Origin: an uncultured Nitrospiraceae bacterium
GTDB taxonomy: Bacteria; Nitrospirota; Nitrospiria; Nitrospirales; Nitrospiraceae
DNA: 64,000 nucleotides
Reading direction: 5' to 3'
Assembly (NCBI GenBank): GCA_963846575.1
Contig: CAWJWJ010000002.1
Span: forward strand, 2,304,001 to 2,368,000
The notes below the pieces were generated by a model that was not told the DNA's origin, did no database searches, and saw only the letters and a program-made list of their open reading frames with translations. A program made the translations under genes and the position numbers. Numbering within the stretch: the stretch's first letter is position 1; each line of letters starts with the position of its first letter. Below are positions 59,367-64,000 of the stretch, piece after piece.

Positions 59367-59993
59367 TTATCGTGCTGCGTCGAGCGCGGAGAGGAGCGCT
59401 CTTGTCGACTGTTCAACGTCCGAAGTACTTAAGATCGACGATAGCACGGCGACGCCGAATCCACCCGCTCGCCGCACGTCACCAGCACGCACAGCAGTGA
59501 TTCCACCGATTGCAAAAATAGGAATGCGGGCGGAGCCGGCGGCCCGCTCGAGGGTCCGGATACCAAGCGGCGGCCCGTACGCTTGCTTCGACGGCGTCTC
59601 GTAGATCGGCCCCAAGACAACGAAGTCCGCGCCCTCGCGCTCTGCGACAATCACACCCTCGATGGAATGAACGGATCGGCCGAGTAGTTGCTCAGGACGC
59701 AGGAGACCTCGAACCACCGGTGTCGGCAGGCTACTCTCGCGCAGGTGGACACCGCGACAGTCAACTGCCGCCACGAGATCGGCGCGATCATTGATGAAGA
59801 GGTGCGCGTCGGGTATCTGCCGCTGAAAGTCCTGAGCCAGAACCAGCAACTCACGAGAAGACAGGTCCCGTTCGCGGAGCTGCACGGCGCGCAGTCCGGC
59901 GTCTACGGCGCGCTCAATAACTGCCAGGAGTGGACGCCCAGCGGTCTGCTGACGATCAGTGACTAAATAAAGACGGAAATCGACGGAGGGCAT
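59367..59993 (-). CDS. thiE: Thiamine-phosphate synthase (ThiE/TenI family)
   Basis: LYLVTD, VQLRE, INDR, GVHL, GRSVHS, GPIYETPSK, AIGGI; TenI not excluded. Confidence 0.8.
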   Translation of the reverse strand: MPSVDFRLYLVTDRQQTAGRPLLAVIERAVDAGLRAVQLRERDLSSRELLVLAQDFQRQIPDAHLFINDRADLVAAVDCRGVHLRESSLPTPVVRGLLRPEQLLGRSVHSIEGVIVAEREGADFVVLGPIYETPSKQAYGPPLGIRTLERAAGSARIPIFAIGGITAVRAGDVRRAGGFGVAVLSSILSTSDVEQSTRALLSALDAAR

Positions 59994-60050
59994 TCAGACA
60001 ATTCTGACCGTTCGAACCTCGATAATCACTCATGCGCCCTTCACGAGGGA

Positions 60051-60830
60051 CTACAGCATCCCTTCGATCGGGCTGCTGGCCGTCGCATAGAGTTTGCGAG
60101 GAATACGTCCTGCCTTGTAGGCCAACCGGCCGGCCCAGATGGCGTATTTCATGGCTTCGGCCATGGCAAGAGGATCCTGTGCGCCTGCGATGGCAGTATT
60201 CATGAGCACGGCGTCCGCTCCGTACTCCATTGCCAACGCCGCATCGGATGCGGTTCCAACGCCCGCATCTACAATAATCGGCACCTTCACCGTTTCCATG
60301 ATGATCTTCAGGTTGTAGGGATTCCGAATACCCAGTCCGGACCCGATGGGAGCGGCCAGCGGCATCACGGCGGGACAACCGATATCCACCAACTTCTTGG
60401 CGACAATTGGATCGTCGTTCGTATAGGGCAGAACGATGAACCCCTCTTTAACAAGTATTTTCGCCGCCTCGATCAACCCGGCCGTATCAGGAAACAGAGT
60501 CTTCTCGTCGCCCAGCACTTCCAATTTCACGAGATCGGAGACCCCGGCCGCTCGTGCCAGTCGGGCATAACGAACGGCATCTTCCACGGTGTAGCACCCG
60601 GCGGTATTCGGTAGGATGATGTATTTCTTCGGGTCGATATAATCCAGAAGATTTTCTTTGGATCGGTCCGTAACGTTGACTCGACGAACGGCGACGGTCA
60701 CCACGTCGGCGCCGGACGCCTCGATGGCCTTTTTGGTTTCCACAAAATCTTTATATTTGCCTGTCCCCACCCACAAACGAGACTTGAACTCTCTGCCGGC
60801 AATCACTAATTGATCATTGATCGTATCCAT
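60051..60830 (-). CDS. thiG: Thiazole synthase
   Basis: [50 protein letters not shown]. Confidence 0.97.
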   Translation of the reverse strand: MDTINDQLVIAGREFKSRLWVGTGKYKDFVETKKAIEASGADVVTVAVRRVNVTDRSKENLLDYIDPKKYIILPNTAGCYTVEDAVRYARLARAAGVSDLVKLEVLGDEKTLFPDTAGLIEAAKILVKEGFIVLPYTNDDPIVAKKLVDIGCPAVMPLAAPIGSGLGIRNPYNLKIIMETVKVPIIVDAGVGTASDAALAMEYGADAVLMNTAIAGAQDPLAMAEAMKYAIWAGRLAYKAGRIPRKLYATASSPIEGML

Positions 60831-60837
60831 AGGTAGA

Positions 60838-61044
60838 TTACCCCGCGCCACCGCCGATAAAACTCAAGATTTCCACGCGGTCTCCATCAGACAGGCCGCG
60901 GGTCTCGAAATCGTTTCGGTTCAAAATCTCCAAGTTTAATTCCACAGCCACTCGATCGGCCCGAACATTCAATTCTTGGAGCAAGGCCGCGACTGTCTGC
61001 CCATCACCAACTCCGCGCGATTCACCATTGACCTGGATGGTCAC
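60838..61044 (-). CDS. thiS: Sulfur carrier protein ThiS, C-terminus GGGAG
   Basis: [34 protein letters not shown]; directly upstream of thiG. Confidence 0.92.
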   Translation of the reverse strand: MTIQVNGESRGVGDGQTVAALLQELNVRADRVAVELNLEILNRNDFETRGLSDGDRVEILSFIGGGAG

Positions 61045-61069
61045 CGCCACACCTCCACTCTGTCCGGTC

Positions 61070-61125
61070 ATCCTATGAAACGGCAAAACCGGTTGTCAAC
61101 CGGACCCGGTTTAGCCTTGCCGTTT
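61070..61125 (-). promoter_or_regulatory. thiS promoter overlapped by nested inverted repeats
   Basis: Minus TTGACA(61094-99)-N18-TAGGAT(61070-75); palindrome CCGGTTG-T-CAACCGG 61089-61103; outer AAACGGCAA/TTGCCGTTT 61078-61125. Confidence 0.6.
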
Positions 61126-61173
61126 GAACTCTTTGCCCGCACAATGACCTGAAAACACGGGGTGGCCCAATCG

Positions 61174-61662
61174 ATGGATGAACAAGCCAGACAACTCGCA
61201 CAGCTGTTTCGCGCCATGGCGAATCTTCTGGCTGCCCGGCGCGCGAATCCCTATCGGGTACGCGCGTACAGGAAAGCCGCCGATTCCATTTCCACCATAT
61301 CCGGAGACCTCGCCGACCTCGTGGCAAGACGCCAACTCCAGACAATTCCTGGAATTGGCCGCGAATTAGCGGAAAAAATAGAAGAGTACCTTGCGACGGG
61401 GACGATTCGCACGTATGAGGAACTCAAGACACCCTTGCCTGAGGAAGTAGCGGGCTGGGCCACGCTCCCGGGACTTTCCGACGCTCTCGTGAGCTACCTG
61501 TATTTCAGACTGAACATCCGCACACTGACCGATCTGGAAACCCTGGTTGAATCTCATCTGCTGAGAACTCAACCAGGGTTTTCAGGCTCAGAAGAGTCGT
61601 TGCTTGCAGCCATCCGCGCTCAACAGAAGCCCACGTCCACTATGCCGGACGAAGCTCCTTGA
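61174..61662 (+). CDS. Stand-alone DNA polymerase X N-terminal (8-kDa/HhH) domain protein
   Basis: ANPYRVRAYRKAADSI, IPGIGRELAEKIEEYLATG, LPGLS..., IRTLTDL; no palm or PHP domain. Confidence 0.8.
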   Translation: MDEQARQLAQLFRAMANLLAARRANPYRVRAYRKAADSISTISGDLADLVARRQLQTIPGIGRELAEKIEEYLATGTIRTYEELKTPLPEEVAGWATLPGLSDALVSYLYFRLNIRTLTDLETLVESHLLRTQPGFSGSEESLLAAIRAQQKPTSTMPDEAP

Positions 61663-62986
61663 AGATCTTCCAGGTTTTCAGCAACTCCACCGCTTTTTGA
61701 AGCTGGAGGTCGTCCTCCATCGAAAGCTCTCCGCTCGCTTCCACCGTCGGGGCCGCACCATTCTTGTGGGCGGCATCCTCACCCGCCCTTGCTGAAGCCG
61801 GCACATCCTTTCCGCCTGGAGGCGCTTTAGCGGTTCTAGGATCTGCCTCTTTCCCATCCTTTTCGCCTGCCTTGGCAACAGTCTGTCCCTGAAGCTTAAC
61901 CACGATATCCGGCGTAATACCGGTCGACTGGATGGAACGCCCCTTCGGTGTATAGTACTTGGCGGTCGTAAGACGAAGGCCGGATCCGTCGCCCAAGGGC
62001 AGAATTGTCTGCACGGATCCCTTGCCGAACGAGGTGGTCCCGACAATGACGGCCCGGCCCCAATCCTGTAAGGCACCTGCCACAATCTCCGATGCGCTGG
62101 CGGACCCTTCATTCACCAGAATAATCATCGGGGAGTCTTCAAGGGTTTCCTTGGTCTTGGAAAACCATTCGTCTTTCTTCCCCTCGCGGCCCTTCGTGTA
62201 CACGATTAATTTCCCGTTTCCGACGAACTGTTCTGAAACATCCACGGCGGCGGTCAACAAGCCACCCGGGTTGTTCCGAAGGTCGAGGACGGTACCCTGA
62301 ACCTTCTGTTCCTTGAATTGCTTGAGGGCGCGGCTCAGATCTCTTCCCGTCGCTTCCTGGAACTGCGTCAATCGCACGTATCCAATCGTGTTATCGATCA
62401 CTTTAGACTTCACGCTCTCGATCTTGATGGTGTCCCGCACGAGCGAGAATGCCAGAGGATCTGTAGTGCCGTCCCGTTGGATCGTAAGATTCACCTTCGT
62501 GCCTTTTGGCCCGCGCATTTTTTGCACCGCATCCATCAAGGTCAGATCTTTGGTGGGTTCATCGTTGACCTTGGTAATGAAATCGCCGGCCTTGATTCCA
62601 GCCCGGTGCGCCGGAGTCCCTTCGATGGGCGCGATAACGGCCAACCGATTCTCCTTCACGCCGATCTGGATCCCCACGCCGCCGAACTCACCTTTGGTCT
62701 CGACCTGCATTTCTTTGTACATGTCAGGCGTCATGTAGGCCGAATGCGGGTCTAGCGTCGAGAGCATCCCCCGGATTGCGCCCTGGACAAGATCCTTGAC
62801 CTTCGTGTCATCGACATAGTGCTTTTGCACCTGCGTCAAGACTTCGGAAAACGTGCGGAGTTCTTCGTAGGTTTCGGAGGCATGGCCGGTCCGTTCCAAG
62901 CCCTTTTCCAGCACAATCCCAATCCCCAGGGCTACTGTGACCATCAGCAAGAGATATAACCACCGCCGGCTTCGCCGCTGTTCCAT
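61640..62986 (-). CDS. ctpA: Carboxyl-terminal processing protease (S41)
   Basis: LDPHSAY, PDZ GEFGGVGI, LDLRNNPGGLL, SASASEI, GKGSVQ, TAKYYTP, GITPD. Confidence 0.93.
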   Translation of the reverse strand: MEQRRSRRWLYLLLMVTVALGIGIVLEKGLERTGHASETYEELRTFSEVLTQVQKHYVDDTKVKDLVQGAIRGMLSTLDPHSAYMTPDMYKEMQVETKGEFGGVGIQIGVKENRLAVIAPIEGTPAHRAGIKAGDFITKVNDEPTKDLTLMDAVQKMRGPKGTKVNLTIQRDGTTDPLAFSLVRDTIKIESVKSKVIDNTIGYVRLTQFQEATGRDLSRALKQFKEQKVQGTVLDLRNNPGGLLTAAVDVSEQFVGNGKLIVYTKGREGKKDEWFSKTKETLEDSPMIILVNEGSASASEIVAGALQDWGRAVIVGTTSFGKGSVQTILPLGDGSGLRLTTAKYYTPKGRSIQSTGITPDIVVKLQGQTVAKAGEKDGKEADPRTAKAPPGGKDVPASARAGEDAAHKNGAAPTVEASGELSMEDDLQLQKAVELLKTWKIFKELRPA

Positions 62987-63011
62987 AACGTAAGTTCCTT
63001 CCTTCCGAGAC

Positions 63012-64000
63012 CTACCGTTTTGAAAGCCAGACCAGGGGGTCCACGGGCTCGGCCCCCTCCCGCAGTTCAAAATAAAGCGTATTCTCCCCTGTCATGCCCG
63101 TATCTCCCGTCTCACCAATCGCCGCCCCGGCTTCGATCTTGCTTCCCACGGACGTCAGAATTTTCGATGCGTGGGCGTAAAGGGAGAAAACTCCATTGGC
63201 ATGATCCACAATTATAACGAGTCCGTAGCCTTTCAACCAGTCCGCATATACGACTTGGCCGGCCAGCACCGACCGTATATTACTCCCTTCTGCCGCGCGA
63301 ATCTCAATCCCTTTTCGTTGAATATACGTGTTAAAAGTCGGATGTTTCTGCCTGCCAAAATACGAGACGACCTGACCATCCGTGGGCCATAGCAAGGTAC
63401 CTCGCAACGCCTTTAGCCCTCCCGCTCCCGTCTGGGGGCGCGTGGCCAATGCCGCGCGGCGCCGGTTCTCCAATTCCTTCAACAGGCTATCCACCCGCGC
63501 AGCAGAACGCTCGAGTTCTTGTACCGCCCGATCATGGGACTCTTTTTCCTGAGTTATTTTGGCAAGATAGACCCTCTTCTCTTTCTTGAGTCCCTGGATC
63601 TTGGCCAACTTTTCCTCTGTGCTGATTTTATAGGCTACAATGCCCTGCCGTGCCTCCGCCCTGCTCCGTTCGACCTCTGCAATCCGTTCCGCATCTTTCC
63701 GATATGTCTCCATGATGTCGTACTCTCGTCGGGTCACGGCCGAAAGGTACCGCAACCGCCGCTGAAAATCTCCGGATGAGTTGGCGGCGAGCAGCGTCTT
63801 CAGATGCCAAAACCGCCCCTCGATGTACTGCATCCGCAAGCGAGCAGCAATGGCGTCCTGTCGCTCATCGATACGCTCCGAGAGGCGACTGAGCTGTACG
63901 TTCATATGCTCGATTTCCAAGTCCTTTTTCTTGAGCTTCTTGCGGATCTCCTGATGCTCCTGTCGATAACGGACGAGACGTTCATCCAGCGACTGGAGGC
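63012..64000 (-). CDS. envC: EnvC-like murein hydrolase activator (5' end outside the window)
   Basis: Long coiled coil plus degenerate M23 domain (RKGIEI in place of HxGxD; WLKGYG, SLYAH, LYFELR); upstream of ctpA. Confidence 0.8.
   Translation of the reverse strand, partial: LQSLDERLVRYRQEHQEIRKKLKKKDLEIEHMNVQLSRLSERIDERQDAIAARLRMQYIEGRFWHLKTLLAANSSGDFQRRLRYLSAVTRREYDIMETYRKDAERIAEVERSRAEARQGIVAYKISTEEKLAKIQGLKKEKRVYLAKITQEKESHDRAVQELERSAARVDSLLKELENRRRAALATRPQTGAGGLKALRGTLLWPTDGQVVSYFGRQKHPTFNTYIQRKGIEIRAAEGSNIRSVLAGQVVYADWLKGYGLVIIVDHANGVFSLYAHASKILTSVGSKIEAGAAIGETGDTGMTGENTLYFELREGAEPVDPLVWLSKR

Noticed and set aside
59211..61044. ThiS as the proteasome tag, co-transcribed with arc
   Set aside because: arc has its own strong promoter (59271-59299). 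PafA ligates through a C-terminal Glu, which ThiS lacks, and thiS is explained by thiG/thiE.
63012..63400. Lost zinc ligands in the M23 domain as a sign of pseudogenisation
   Set aside because: A degenerate M23 domain is normal for EnvC-type amidase activators.

Overview
A 64-kb, GC-rich chromosomal segment of a diderm (LPS-making) bacterium. The mix of a lipid A/LPS locus and an actinobacterial-type 20S proteasome locus suggests Nitrospira/Nitrospirota, which is an inference from gene content only. 1-38.3 kb is an almost entirely minus-strand envelope supercluster: bamA, skp, skp, fabZ, lpxA, lpxI, gnnA-like, lpxB, msbA, DUF374, waaA, lpxK, waaF::gmhB, several heptosyl- and glycosyltransferases, an LTA-synthase-like gene, a methyltransferase, lhgO-like, rmlABD, an O-antigen-ligase-like gene, gmd, fcl, asnB-like and a heparinase II/III-like gene. 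38.6-51.8 kb (plus strand) holds galU, lon, thiL, DUF2062, an HD phosphohydrolase and a three-gene multi-PAS two-component cassette. 51.8-64 kb (mostly minus) holds envC-like, ctpA, a stand-alone PolX N-terminal protein, thiS-thiG-thiE, arc-dop-prcB-prcA-pafA and an M23 peptidase. I saw no rRNA, tRNA, CRISPR array or mobile element. The best leads are: a complete Pup-proteasome operon with no pup gene; a DUF374 (LpxJ-family) lipid A acyltransferase split by a -1 frameshift at an A9 run; a ThiS ending GGGAG behind a palindrome-covered promoter with no room for a TPP riboswitch; a WaaF-GmhB fusion; and a stand-alone PolX HhH protein. The region ~4.4-6.2 kb is full of indels and is probably a sequencing artefact.
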